A DNA stretch of 63,460 nt, filler included, from Actinomycetota bacterium (GTDB lineage Bacteria; Actinomycetota; CADDZG01; JAHWKV01; JAOPZY01): the NCBI GenBank assembly GCA_025963875.1. It is 8 parts of 8 records of this genome, joined end to end, with 100 filler letters (N's around TTAATTAATTAA, not from the genome) between each part and the next. Parts side by side here need not be neighbours in the genome. Positions count along the whole stretch, not along the records: positions 1 to 15,095 come from JAOPZY010000134.1; positions 15,196 to 19,575 come from JAOPZY010000183.1; 6 more parts are not named here. The stretch is one strand, 5' to 3'. Shown piece after piece: positions 9,141 to 19,675 of the stretch. The translations under genes were made by a program, and so were the position numbers. A model generated the notes under the pieces. The model was not told the origin of the DNA, searched no databases, and saw only the letters and a list, made by a program, of their open reading frames with translations. How positions within the stretch are numbered: the first letter of the stretch is position 1; each line of letters starts with the position of its first letter.

Positions 9141-10415
9141 TCATCCACCGCCCATGACCTGCTGCACCAGGTACACGACACTGACCAGGCTCACCCCGAG
9201 AACGATAACCCAGGCTGCCGCCCTGAGCGCGCCGCGCACGGCGTGGTCGCCCATCAGACCCCGTTCGCTCGCCACCAGCAGGAGCAGGACGAGCCCGATG
9301 GGCGTGCCGATCCCTCCCGCGATCGAGGCAAGGAACAGCAGTCTGATGGGCGAGAAGCCCGTGAACGCGAAAGCGCAGCCCAGCGCCATCGCCCCCACCG
9401 TAACTGCGTAGAAGGCCGGGGCCCGGTGGGGTTTCTCTGAAAGGCCCCGGGGCCAGTCGAACTGGGCCCCCACGACGTAGGCGGCGGTGGCCAGCAGGAC
9501 CGGCAGCGCGAGGAGTGCCGAGCCGAGCAGGCCGATCCCAAAGACGTATTCCGCATACTTTCCGGCCACGGGGGCCAGGGCCCGGGCGGCGTCCTGGGCG
9601 GTCTGGATCTGCTGGTGGTGCACGCCGAGCGTGGCAGCCGTGGCGATCAGGATGAACCACATCACCGCCACCGCGAAGAAGATGCCCGTCACCGCGTCGG
9701 CCTCTTCGAGCCGCAACCATGCAAGGGGTCGCTTGTCCTCCGCCTCCTCGATCGTCTGCCAGACGTACACGTAGCTCGTCAGGGTCGTGCCGAGAAGGGC
9801 CAGGGCGCCGGCGATGTAGTCCTTGTTCAGCTTGAACGTCGGAAGCACCGTGTGCCGCACCACCATGGACCAATTGGGGTGGGCGAGGACGGCCGCCGCG
9901 ACGTAGGCGAGCAGCAGGAGCAGCACGTAGCGAAGCACCCCCTGGAACTCGTCGTAGGAGCCGACGAAGAGCAGGCCCAGGATGAGCACAGCCAGCGGGA
10001 TCACGAACAACCGCGGGGAAAGGTGGGTGAGCAGTCCCAGGGCGGCGGCTCCCGCCTCCAGGTCCGCGGCGATGGTGATCACCGTGACCACCAGGATCGA
10101 GCCGAGCAGCAGCAGCTGCGACACGCGCCCGAACCGGCGCTTCACCAGGTACTGCAGGTCTTCGTGGGTCACCACCCCGATGCGGGAGCTGATGGCCTGA
10201 ATGACGGCGAGGATCGGCAAGATGAGAATCGCCAGCCACGACAACCCGTACACCGTCGTGGCGCCGATGACCGCCATCGTGGCGACCGTCGTCGGATCGA
10301 CGTCGGAAGCTCCCGCGATGAGACCGGAAGCCGAAGACCTCAGGTGGTCGAGGAGCCGGGGCGGCGGCCCGTTTTCCTGCTTGTCGCTCTGTGGGCCGGT
10401 TGTTGCCGCGCTCAC
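9141..10415 (-). CDS. NRAMP-family divalent metal transporter
   Basis: GASDVDP, GATTVYGLSW, GTTLTSY and about 11 TM segments. Confidence 0.85.
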   Translation of the reverse strand: MSAATTGPQSDKQENGPPPRLLDHLRSSASGLIAGASDVDPTTVATMAVIGATTVYGLSWLAILILPILAVIQAISSRIGVVTHEDLQYLVKRRFGRVSQLLLLGSILVVTVITIAADLEAGAAALGLLTHLSPRLFVIPLAVLILGLLFVGSYDEFQGVLRYVLLLLLAYVAAAVLAHPNWSMVVRHTVLPTFKLNKDYIAGALALLGTTLTSYVYVWQTIEEAEDKRPLAWLRLEEADAVTGIFFAVAVMWFILIATAATLGVHHQQIQTAQDAARALAPVAGKYAEYVFGIGLLGSALLALPVLLATAAYVVGAQFDWPRGLSEKPHRAPAFYAVTVGAMALGCAFAFTGFSPIRLLFLASIAGGIGTPIGLVLLLLVASERGLMGDHAVRGALRAAAWVIVLGVSLVSVVYLVQQVMGGG

Positions 10416-10539
10416 CGCGCTTCCTCACTGCCGGGCCTCGGCAACTCGATCGGTCCCCCGGCTCAAGCCGGAGGGTAGTCGCCTTTCGCGCGCCGGTGCG
10501 CGATGCGCTCCTGACATCCAGCACGCCCGACGATGAAAC

Positions 10540-10956
10540 CTACAGAACGGGCTCCAGGACGACCACGGGGATCTTCCGTTCGGTCCTCAGCTCGTGCTCC
10601 TCGAACGCCGGGATGGTGCGCTTCTGCAGGTCCCAGTACCGTTCGCGCTCGTCGCCCTCGGCCACGCGGGCCTTCACCTCGACAATGTCCGTCCCCACCT
10701 CGATGGCGGCCTCGGGGATGGCCACGAGGTTGAGGTACCAGTCCGGGTGGCGGGGCGCCCCGCCACCGGAAGCGAACACGACGAAGACGTCGTCGATCGG
10801 CAGGTAGACGAGGGGATTTTCCCGGGCCTCACCGCTGCGCGCTCCAATCGTGTGGAGGATCAGGAGCGGCACACCCTCGAAGTTGCCGCCGACCCTGCCC
10901 CCCTCGGCGCGGAAACCCTCGATCAGCTTCTCGTTCCAGGCGTTGATGTCCGACAT
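10540..10956 (-). CDS. Deazaflavin (F420)-dependent nitroreductase family protein (Ddn-like)
   Basis: LLILHTIGARSG..RENPL, ASGGGAPRHPDWYLNL, RKIPVVVLEP; ATG 10956 with GGAGG RBS. Confidence 0.9.
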   Translation of the reverse strand: MSDINAWNEKLIEGFRAEGGRVGGNFEGVPLLILHTIGARSGEARENPLVYLPIDDVFVVFASGGGAPRHPDWYLNLVAIPEAAIEVGTDIVEVKARVAEGDERERYWDLQKRTIPAFEEHELRTERKIPVVVLEPVL

Positions 10957-11082
10957 GGCCCTCCTCCCGGCTCTGAAGGGACGTACCCCGGACAAGTATT
11001 CGCGGAACCTTCGCGCTGGCGCCACTCTTGCGCCACCCAACGGACAAGTCCCGTTCACGAGGGGTCGCGATGATGCTGGTCC

Positions 11083-12753
11083 ATGACCACCGACGACGAG
11101 GCCGACGACGAGGCGAGAGTCTCCCGCCGCAGGTTCCTGCAGGGAGCCGGCACCGCCGGGGTCATCGCCGCAACGCCATGGCTCTGGCCCGGCGCCGCGG
11201 GCGCCGCGGGTGCCTCGACCGGGCCCACCCTCCTGAGGCAGACCCCCATCGCCGGTGCGCCACCGCCCGAGCAGCTCCACCTCCAGTTCGGCGGGGACGC
11301 CGCGAGCGAGATGTCGGCAAGCTGGGCGACGCCCGTCCGGGTGAACCGCCCGCGGCTGCGGCTCGGCAAGCCGGGCCTGGGCCACGGCATCGACATCGAC
11401 GCCGACGAGCGGGTCTACACCGAGGCCCTGACGGGCCAGACGGTCTACACCTATCACGCCCGGATGGAGGGCCTCGAGGCGGACACCGACTACGCCTACC
11501 AGGTTCACCACCTGGGGGCGGATCCCCTGGCGGGCCGGTTCCACACCGGGCCCGACGGGCGGTCGAAGAAGTTCCGCTTCACGAGCTTCGGCGACCAGTC
11601 CGTGCCGATGCCCATCGGCCTCGGCCTGGGCCCGTGGTCGCCCAACGCCGGGTTCGTGGTCGACGCCGTCGAGGCTGCGAACCCCCTGTTCCACCTCTTG
11701 AACGGCGACCTCTGCTACGCCAACGTCAGCGACTCGCCGGTCGAGACCTGGAGTGCGTTCTTCAACAACAACATGCGTTCGGCACGCAACCGGCCGTGGA
11801 TGCCGTGCGAGGGCAATCACGAGAACGAAGTCGTCAACGGCCCCCAGGGCTACCTCGCCTACCAGACCCGCTTCGACCTCCCCGCCAATGGCGAGCAACC
11901 TCCCTTCGCCGGCAACTGGTATGCCTTCACGGTAGGAGCCATCCGGGTCGTCTCGATCAACAACGACGACGTCTGCCTCCAGGACGGCGCCTTCAGCACC
12001 TACCGCCGCGACCACGTTCCCGGCTACACGAGCAACGGCGCCAACCCGTACATCCGCGGCTACAGCGGGGGCGCCCAGAAGCGGTGGCTCGAGCGGACCC
12101 TGCGGGAAGCCCGGGAGGACACCGGCATCGACTGGATCGTCGTCTGCATGCACCAGGTCGCGATGTCATCCGCGCACTTCAACGGCGCCGACCTCGGGAT
12201 CCGCCAGGAGTGGCTGCCCCTCTTCGACCGCTACGGCGTCGACCTCGTCGTGGCCGGTCACGAACACCACTTCGAGCGGACATTCCCGGTGAAGGGGGTC
12301 GTGCCGGGCAGCGCGTTGCTCACCCCGCAGACCCAGGGCACCGACGCCGCGAGCATCGACACGACGGCCGGGTGCTGCCACATGATCATCGGCGGAGGGG
12401 GCCATTCGGGATTCACGCCGCCGAGCGCCTTCGACACCCCCCACGACGGCGTGCTGATCGCCGGCGTCGGCAACGGCAGCCCGCAGCAGCAGCATCCGAC
12501 GATCATCGTGACCGAGCCTGCCCCATGGTCCGCCTACCGTGACGTGACCACGCCCTACGGCTTCGCCACCTTCGACGTCGACCCCGGCGCAGGTGCCGGC
12601 ATGACGACGATCACCGTCACCCACTACGGCGCCCAGAAGGGCTCCAGCGTCTATGCCCCGGTCGACACGTGCGTCCTCCGGCGTCCGTCCCGGCGCCACG
12701 GCCAGGCCGGTGGCGACCGCGGGCTTGCAGCAACGGCGGCCCGAGCCCGGTAG
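11083..12753 (+). CDS. Tat-exported purple acid phosphatase-like metallophosphoesterase
   Basis: SRRRFL Tat signal; FGD, GDLCY, GNHE and GHEH motifs. Confidence 0.88.
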   Translation: MTTDDEADDEARVSRRRFLQGAGTAGVIAATPWLWPGAAGAAGASTGPTLLRQTPIAGAPPPEQLHLQFGGDAASEMSASWATPVRVNRPRLRLGKPGLGHGIDIDADERVYTEALTGQTVYTYHARMEGLEADTDYAYQVHHLGADPLAGRFHTGPDGRSKKFRFTSFGDQSVPMPIGLGLGPWSPNAGFVVDAVEAANPLFHLLNGDLCYANVSDSPVETWSAFFNNNMRSARNRPWMPCEGNHENEVVNGPQGYLAYQTRFDLPANGEQPPFAGNWYAFTVGAIRVVSINNDDVCLQDGAFSTYRRDHVPGYTSNGANPYIRGYSGGAQKRWLERTLREAREDTGIDWIVVCMHQVAMSSAHFNGADLGIRQEWLPLFDRYGVDLVVAGHEHHFERTFPVKGVVPGSALLTPQTQGTDAASIDTTAGCCHMIIGGGGHSGFTPPSAFDTPHDGVLIAGVGNGSPQQQHPTIIVTEPAPWSAYRDVTTPYGFATFDVDPGAGAGMTTITVTHYGAQKGSSVYAPVDTCVLRRPSRRHGQAGGDRGLAATAARAR

Positions 12754-12800
12754 GCAGCCGCATCCCGAGCAGGGCTCTTCAGCGAAACCTCCGAGATCAA

Positions 12801-12839
12801 GTGTCTGTTTGACCGCGCTCTACGCGGTCAAACAGACGC
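12801..12839. repeat. REP-like palindrome, family A copy 1
   Basis: gtctgtttgaccgcg-ctcta-cgcggtcaaacagac, perfect 15-bp stem; related copy at 21877. Confidence 0.75.
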
Positions 12840-13119
12840 AAGTGCTCCCGCCTCACCACGATGGGTTAGGGACGGCTTAACGGCGGGTTAGTTCCCATCC
12901 CGACCAATCGTGCCGACGAGGCGCCGATGAACCATTGGGACCTCCTCGGGGATAGGGAGGCTGTCCTGTTGGGCTCGCTTGCGCTCGAATAGGACTCTCA
13001 ACGCGGCGGTACGTACCCCAACTGTCAGAAGGAAATGGTCCTTTCTTGTCATTGGGAGCCCCCACAGACATGCCGATCATCAGACCAGGGTGACTGACGC
13101 ACGCATACAGGAGGCCACG

Positions 13120-13593
13120 ATGGAACGGTTGCGACGCACGCGGAGCGACGATCGGGGCACAGCCGCCCTTGAGCTCGCCTTCGTACTTCCGGTCTTTCTG
13201 CTCATCGTGTACGGGGGTCTGTCGTTCGGCCTGGCGATGGCCGCGAAGGGGTCGATCACCCAGGCCGCCGCCGAGGGGGCTCGATCCGCGATCGGCGCCT
13301 CGGTCATCCCCGCCGACAACGGTAGTCAGTGTGCGGCCTACACCCGCACAGCCCAGGCCCAGGCCGTGCAGGCGCTGAAGGGCCTCGGGGCTGCGGCGAC
13401 CTACGCGGTCGTCACGCCGACCGTCGGCATGGCGGCTGGAGGGGCGTGCCAGGACAACGCCGTCACGGGCGTCATCGTGACCGTCACCGTCAGCTACCCC
13501 TACGGCGCCCATCCGACCATCCCCAAGGCCCCGGGTCTCGGGCTCGTCCTGCCCGCGAACATCAACTCGACGTACTCGGTGGCGGTCTCATGA
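13120..13593 (+). CDS. TadE/TadG-family pseudopilin
   Basis: DDRGTAALELAFVLPVFLLIVYG prepilin-like G/xxxxE motif; AAAEGARSA. Confidence 0.88.
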   Translation: MERLRRTRSDDRGTAALELAFVLPVFLLIVYGGLSFGLAMAAKGSITQAAAEGARSAIGASVIPADNGSQCAAYTRTAQAQAVQALKGLGAAATYAVVTPTVGMAAGGACQDNAVTGVIVTVTVSYPYGAHPTIPKAPGLGLVLPANINSTYSVAVS

Positions 13594-15095
13594 GCACCCG
13601 CCTGCAGTCCATGGGACGTCGCCTGGTCCGACACGTTGTCCGCCGTTCCGGGCTGGTCCTCGGTCACGAGCAGGGCGAGCAGGGAGTCATCGCCGTCCTG
13701 GCCGCCATCGTCCTCACCGTGACGATCACGTCCGGCGCGCTTTCTCTCGACATCGCGGGCCGGGTGACGGAGGTGCGCCGGGACCAGGCGGTCGCGGATC
13801 TCGCCGCCCTGGACGCGGTTCGTAATCTTGGGTCCGCCCAGACGGTTGCAGCGGCCAGCGCGCGCCGAAACGGAGTCGACAACACCAAGAGCGGCAACAG
13901 CGTGGTTGCCACCCTCGGGGAGATCAATGTGGTCAACGGTCGAAATGTGTTCTCCGCCGGCAGGTCGCAGACGGCGGTGCAGGTCACGGTGTCCACGCCG
14001 TACAAGGACTTCCTCGGCGGGACCAAGGGATCCATGGTCGCCAGCGCTTCCGCCTCCAACATCGGGATGGCCGGGTTCTCCGTCGGTGCCACGCTGGTGA
14101 ACATCAACGTCGGGCTCGGCAAGTTCGGCGGTGCCAGCCTGGGCCTTATCGGTTACAAGGGTCTTGCCAGCGGTACCGTGACGCTGGGAGCCCTGGCGAC
14201 GAAGCTTGGGTTGTCGCTCCTCACGCCGGATCAGGTCCTGGCCAGTCAGGTCACGGTCGGCCAGCTCGTCACTTCGAGCGCCTTGCTCCTCAGCGCGGCC
14301 GACCCCTCCTACGCCACCCTGACGGCCCTGGGCACAACCCTTGCGGGGAACCCGGTCAACAACCTCAACAAGGTCGCTCTGGGATCGGTCCTCGGCCTCA
14401 CGCAGGGATCCGGCGTCGGTCTGGGGGCCACGCTCAACCTCCTCCAGGCCGTGACCGGCTCGGTCCAGCTCGCGACCCAGAAGGCCGGACTTGCCGCCAA
14501 CATCAATATCTCTGTCGCCGGCTTGGTGGGCGCAAGCTTTAGCGTCACTGCCATCGTGCCGCCCACCATCGTCTACGGCCCGCTGGGTACCACGGCAACC
14601 AATACCCAGGTGACCCTGAACGCCTCGATCGACCTCAATCTTGGCCTCGCTGCCGTTCACCTGCCCCTCACATTGACGCTGGGGGGCGCCATCGGCACGC
14701 TGAAGGCGATCACCTGCGCCAACGCCACGCCGACTTCCATCAAGCTGGGGACTGCCTTCCCGTCCCTGACGCTCAACGTCAGTGGGGGCTACATCACACT
14801 CCTGGGGTTGCCTCTCGCCACCAACATCGTGGGCCCCATCACGGTCGTCAGCAACGGCGTCGCGGACGCGGTCCTCGCTTACCCAGCCAACTTCAGCTCG
14901 AATGCCGTCTCGAACCTGGCCGTCAGCGTCCTCTCGAGCCTCGCCCTGACTGGCATCGCCAACCTCGTCGGCTCCGGATTGCTCGGGAGTCTCCTCGCCG
15001 ACCTCCTGAACGTCGTCGGCGGTGTGGTGGTGCCGCTGGTGCTCGGTATCGTGGGCAGCCTCACCAGTCTCCTGGGCATCACCGTCGGCAGTGCG
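13590..15095 (+). CDS. TadG-like pilus assembly protein (truncated at contig end)
   Basis: EQGVIAVLAA..., DQAVADLAALDAV; ATGA coupling to the upstream gene. Confidence 0.8.
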
Positions 15096-15195
15096 NNNNN
15101 NNNNNNNNNNNNNNNNNNNNNNNNNNNNNNNNNNNNNNNTTAATTAATTAANNNNNNNNNNNNNNNNNNNNNNNNNNNNNNNNNNNNNNNNNNNN
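15096..15195. other. Artificial contig spacer (same spacer at 19576-19675, 27212-27311, 41927-42026, 44886-44985, 50076-50175, 57017-57116)
   Basis: N run, TTAATTAATTAA (stops in all six frames), N run. Confidence 0.98.
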
Positions 15196-16783
15196 CCGCG
15201 ACGCCGGTGGCCGCGAGGTCGGCTAGCGCCGCATCCCGCACCTCGGCCACCGCAGCCGCGAGCGCCGACCCGTCGAACGGCGCCAGCAGGGAGCGCTCGA
15301 GCTCGCGGTGGAGCATCACGTCGCCGGACGCGATGCCGTACGCCGAGAGCGTCGACGCGCCGTCGCCCAGCGGGATCACCACCTCACGGACCCCGGACTC
15401 GGCGGCGTACCCGAAGGCGTGCACCGGGCCGGCGCCTCCGAACGCGTAGAGCGCGAAGTCGCGCGGATCGTGCCCCCGCTCCACCGTTTGCTGGCGGATC
15501 ACCGTGGCCGCATGCATGTTGTTGATCCGCAGGATGCCGGCGGCAGTCTCCTCGGCGGTCAGGCCGAGCCGGGTGGCGAGCCTGCCCACCGCGGCGACGG
15601 CCGCATCGCGATCCAGCGGCATCCGGCCGCCCAAGAACGCCTCGGGACGGAGCAGGCCGAGCACGACATCCGCGTCGGTCACCGTTGCCTCCACACCGCC
15701 GCGGCCGTAGCAGGCCGGGCCTGGCTCGGAGCCGGCGCTGGCCGGGCCGACCCGCAGCCCGCCGGTAGCCTCGTCGATCCAGGCGATCGAGCCACCGCCG
15801 CAGGCGACCGAGCGCACGTCCAGGTGCGGCAGCCGGTAGGTGTACTGGTCGATCACTTTCTCCTCCGCCACCGCCGGCTTACCGTCGACCACCAGCCCGA
15901 GGTCGAACGAAGTGCCGCCCATGTCGGTGGCCACCACGTGGTCATGGCCGTAGGCGCCGGCGAGGGTCGCGACGCCGATCAACCCGCCGGCCGGGCCGGA
16001 GTCGATGATGCCCAGCGGGGTGGCGGCGGACGCGGGGAGCACGCCGCCGTTGGACTGCATGACCAGGAGCGGGGTCTGCAGCCGGCTCTCCAGGTCGCTG
16101 AGGTACCGCGAGGAGGCTGGGCCGACGTAGCTGTTGAGCACGGTGGCGACCGTGCGCTCGTACTCGCCGAGGCGGGGTGACACCTCCGCCGAGCTCGACA
16201 CGAACACATCGGGGATGGCCTCCGCCAGGGCCTTCTCGTGCGCCGGGTTCGCGAACGACCACAGCAGCGCGATGGCGACGGCGTCGAGCTCGTAGTCGTC
16301 GATCATCCTGCCGATCTGCTCGGCCGCGGCGTCGATGTCCAGCTCGACGACGACCTTTCCGCTCGCGTCGACCCGCTCGTGCACCTCGACCACGGCACCC
16401 GGCACGATCAGCGGCGCCGGCAGCCGGCTGCCGTGTACCGAGAAGACGCCCTCGATCGAGCGACCGGCGACCCGGCCGGCGCCGCGCATGATGGCGAGCG
16501 CGTCAGCGTGCCCGGCCGTGGCGACGAGCCCGACCCGCGCGCCGCTCCGCTCGAGCACTGCGTTGGTGCCGATGGTGGTCCCGTGTCCGAACCGCTCGGC
16601 CTGCTCGAGCAGCGTGGTGAGGTCGACGCCCACAGTCTCGGCAAGCCGTTCCAGCCCGGCCAGCACCCCCGACACCGGGTCCTCCTTGGTGGACAGTGTC
16701 TTGGCCGTGCGGTGGTTGCCCTCCCGGTCCACGAGCACGCAGTCGGTGAACGTGCCACCGATGTCCACGCCGATGTAGTACAT
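15196..16783 (-). CDS. Hydantoinase A/5-oxoprolinase ATP-binding subunit (3' truncated)
   Basis: GVDIGGTFTD, HGTTIGTNAVLE, SGPAGG, DMGGTSFD, SAGSEPGPACY, FGGAGPVH. Confidence 0.92.
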
Positions 16784-17116
16784 GGCTCACTCCTGGCTCA
16801 CGAGTCTTCGCAATGTCTAGGCACGACTATCCCGAAGGAGGGGTCTGATGTCGTGACGGCTGGCGCCCAACCCTCACCCCCGCTAGCCGGAATCCGGCTC
16901 CCGGTAGTAACGGGACGAGCGGGGTCGGTAGATGCTGTACCGACGCTCCATAAGGCTGTTCTAAATGTCTTTGAGTAGATTCTGGTGTAGAACACCACTT
17001 TTTACTCACAGACATTTCCGAGCCGTTGACCGCGGGGCCGGCGTGACTGAGAAGTCTCGCCGGATCCACAGGGCCCTCTGAGGTTTCTCCGAGCAACGGG
17101 CCTCACTGTTTCAGCC

Positions 17117-19174
17117 ATGGACACCCTCACCCCGCTGGTGGAGGCCGGCCCTCACAAGCCGGTCCCCGCCCCTCCGCGCAGCGCCGGACGCCTCCACCGC
17201 CTGCTGGCCGGACGGCCCGGTGACCCCCGCTGGGCGAGGCCGGCCCTGCTCGTCCTTCTCGGTGGCACCGCCCTCCTCTACCTCTGGGGCCTCGGCGCCT
17301 CCGGCTGGGCCAACAGCTTCTATTCGGCGGCCGTCCAGGCCGGGACGAAGAGCTGGAAGGCCTTCTTCTTCGGTTCCTCAGACGCCGCCAACTTCATCAC
17401 CGTCGACAAGCCGCCCGCCGCGCTGTGGGTGATGGAACTCTCGGCCCGCCTGTTCGGGGTCAACGCCTGGAGCATCCTCGTCCCCCAGGCGCTGGAGGGC
17501 GTCGCAGCCGTCGGACTGCTCTACGCCGGCGTCCGGCGCTGGTTCGGGGCCGGAGCCGGGCTGCTTGCCGGTGCGGTGCTGGCGCTGACGCCGGTCGCCG
17601 CCCTGATGTTCCGCTTCAACAACCCCGACGCCCTCCTCGTCCTCCTGCTCACCGCCGCCGCCTACGCCATGGTCCGGGCACTGGACGAGGGCCGCACCCG
17701 GTGGCTGGTGCTCGCCGGCTCCCTGATCGGGTTCGGGTTCCTCGCCAAGATGCTGCAGACCGTCCTGGTCGTCCCGGGATTCGGCCTGGCCTACCTCGTC
17801 GCTGGTCCGGTGTCCCTGCGCCGCCGCATCGTGCAACTCCTGGCCGCCGGAGGGGCGATGGTCGCCTCGGCGATGTGGTGGGTCGTGGCCGTCATGGCAG
17901 TCCCGGCCTCCGCCCGCCCCTACATCGGCGGCTCGCAGAACAACAGCCTCTGGAACCTGATGTTTGGCTACAACGGCTTCGGCCGCCTCACCGGCAACGA
18001 GACCGGCAGCGTCGGCGGGGCCGTAACCACCGGAAGCCGCTGGGGGGCCACCGGCCTGCTGCGCATGTTCAACACCCAGTTCGGCGCCCAGGCGTCATGG
18101 ATCATTCCAGCGGCCCTCATCCTGCTCGCCGGGGGCCTGGTCTTCACGCTGCGGGCAGGTCGCACCGACCGGCTGCGGTCCTCGCTCGTGCTCTGGGGGG
18201 GATGGCTCGTCGTGACCGCCGCAGCCTTCAGCCTGGGCAAGGGGATCATCCACCCCTACTACACCGTGGCCCTGGCTCCTGCCGCCGGCGCCCTCGTCGG
18301 CATCGGCGGATCGGCGATGTGGCGGTTGCGTCACCGGTGGCAGGCCCGTGCCGTCCTCGCAACCGCCCTCGGCGCCACAGCAGTGTGGTCCTACCTGCTG
18401 CTGCTCCGGACGCCTGCCTGGAACCCGTGGCTGCGCGACGTTGTCCTCCTCGGGGGCCTCGTCGTTTCGGTCCTCGTCGCCGGCTGGACGCACCTGCTCG
18501 GCAGGGCGGCCGGGTTGGTGGCGGCATCAGCCGTCCTTCTCGCCCTGGTCGGCCCGGGCGCCTACTCGCTGGCGACGGCGGCCACGACCCACAGCGGTGC
18601 GATCCCCTCGGCGGGTCCCGTCGGTGCGGGCGGTGCCGGGCCCGGTGGGTTCGGTGGCCCGGGAGGACGTGCGGATGGCCTGGCCGGTGGCGCCCCGGCG
18701 GGGCGTTTCGGTTTCGGCGGCACCCAAGGAGGTGCTCCAGGAGCAACCCAAGGGGGTGCTCCACGAGCAACCCGAGGTGCCCCGGGCAGCGTAAGGGGGC
18801 TCCTGGGCGGCAGCACCCCAAGCGCAGCGCTGACGGCCGCCCTGCAGGCCTCTTCAGGCCGCTACACGTGGGTGGCCGCCGCGGTGGGGTCGAACCGGGC
18901 CTCCGGCTACCAGCTGGCCACCGGCAAGCCGGTCATGGCCATCGGGGGCTTCAACGGCACGGACCCGGCGCCGACCCTCGCCGAGTTCGAGAAGCTTGTC
19001 TCGGAAGGTAAGATCCACTACTTCATCGCCGGAGGCGCCGGCGGAGGACCGGGCGGCACCGCGGTCTCCTCCACCTCCAGCCAGATCACCACCTGGGTGC
19101 TGAGCCATTTCACGGCGCAGACCCTTGGAGGAACAACCGTGTACGACCTGACAGTAGTTCCGCTATCGCCCTGA
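17117..19174 (+). CDS. GT39/ArnT-like membrane glycosyltransferase (YkcB-like)
   Basis: ANSFYSAAV, ITVDKPP, RFNNPD, GYNGFGRL, IGGFNGTDPAPTL; Gly-rich linker. Confidence 0.88.
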   Translation: MDTLTPLVEAGPHKPVPAPPRSAGRLHRLLAGRPGDPRWARPALLVLLGGTALLYLWGLGASGWANSFYSAAVQAGTKSWKAFFFGSSDAANFITVDKPPAALWVMELSARLFGVNAWSILVPQALEGVAAVGLLYAGVRRWFGAGAGLLAGAVLALTPVAALMFRFNNPDALLVLLLTAAAYAMVRALDEGRTRWLVLAGSLIGFGFLAKMLQTVLVVPGFGLAYLVAGPVSLRRRIVQLLAAGGAMVASAMWWVVAVMAVPASARPYIGGSQNNSLWNLMFGYNGFGRLTGNETGSVGGAVTTGSRWGATGLLRMFNTQFGAQASWIIPAALILLAGGLVFTLRAGRTDRLRSSLVLWGGWLVVTAAAFSLGKGIIHPYYTVALAPAAGALVGIGGSAMWRLRHRWQARAVLATALGATAVWSYLLLLRTPAWNPWLRDVVLLGGLVVSVLVAGWTHLLGRAAGLVAASAVLLALVGPGAYSLATAATTHSGAIPSAGPVGAGGAGPGGFGGPGGRADGLAGGAPAGRFGFGGTQGGAPGATQGGAPRATRGAPGSVRGLLGGSTPSAALTAALQASSGRYTWVAAAVGSNRASGYQLATGKPVMAIGGFNGTDPAPTLAEFEKLVSEGKIHYFIAGGAGGGPGGTAVSSTSSQITTWVLSHFTAQTLGGTTVYDLTVVPLSP

Positions 19175-19339
19175 CCGGCAACGACGGAGACTAGCGATCA
19201 CAGCTGGATTCTGTGAGTACCAGACGACGTACCAGCTCCACTTTGTGCTCACAGAATTCTCACAGCAACGGAGGCCGATCCCTTGGGGCTTACGCAGGGG
19301 AACATCCTCGAGATCTACCGCCACTGCGGGGAGCCGGGA

Positions 19340-19575
19340 TCAAGGCACGGCTGCGCTCATGGGGGCGACGAGCTTGCGGTGGCGGGGGCTGCGGAGAAGG
19401 CGCCAGATACCGCGGAGGTCGGCCAGGGCGGTGGCGACGACGTCGACGCGTGAGTCGGGGTCGTCGACCCAGTCCACGGGCACCTCGTGGATGCGCAGCC
19501 CGTTGCGCTCGGCGAGGGCGAGGAGCTCGGTGTCGAAGAACCAGCCCGTGTCCTCCACGAGCGGCAGGAGCCGGC
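19340..19575 (-). CDS. GT2 (DPM-synthase-like) glycosyltransferase, C-terminal fragment
   Basis: WFFDTELL, IHEVPVDWVDDPDSRV. Confidence 0.85.
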
Positions 19576-19675
19576 NNNNNNNNNNNNNNNNNNNNNNNNN
19601 NNNNNNNNNNNNNNNNNNNTTAATTAATTAANNNNNNNNNNNNNNNNNNNNNNNNNNNNNNNNNNNNNNNNNNNN

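Noticed and set aside
15096..15195. Recurrent TTAATTAATTAA flanked by N runs
   Set aside because: Artificial contig linker; ORFs ending in XXXLIN are artefacts.
18720..18790. 24-bp repeats in the GT39 gene with faint likeness to the 30-bp element
   Set aside because: They encode a low-complexity Gly-rich linker (TQGGAPGA), and the similarity is too weak.
19199..19265. tcacag direct and inverted repeats resembling OmpR-family boxes
   Set aside because: They lie between convergent gene ends with no downstream target; too short to support.
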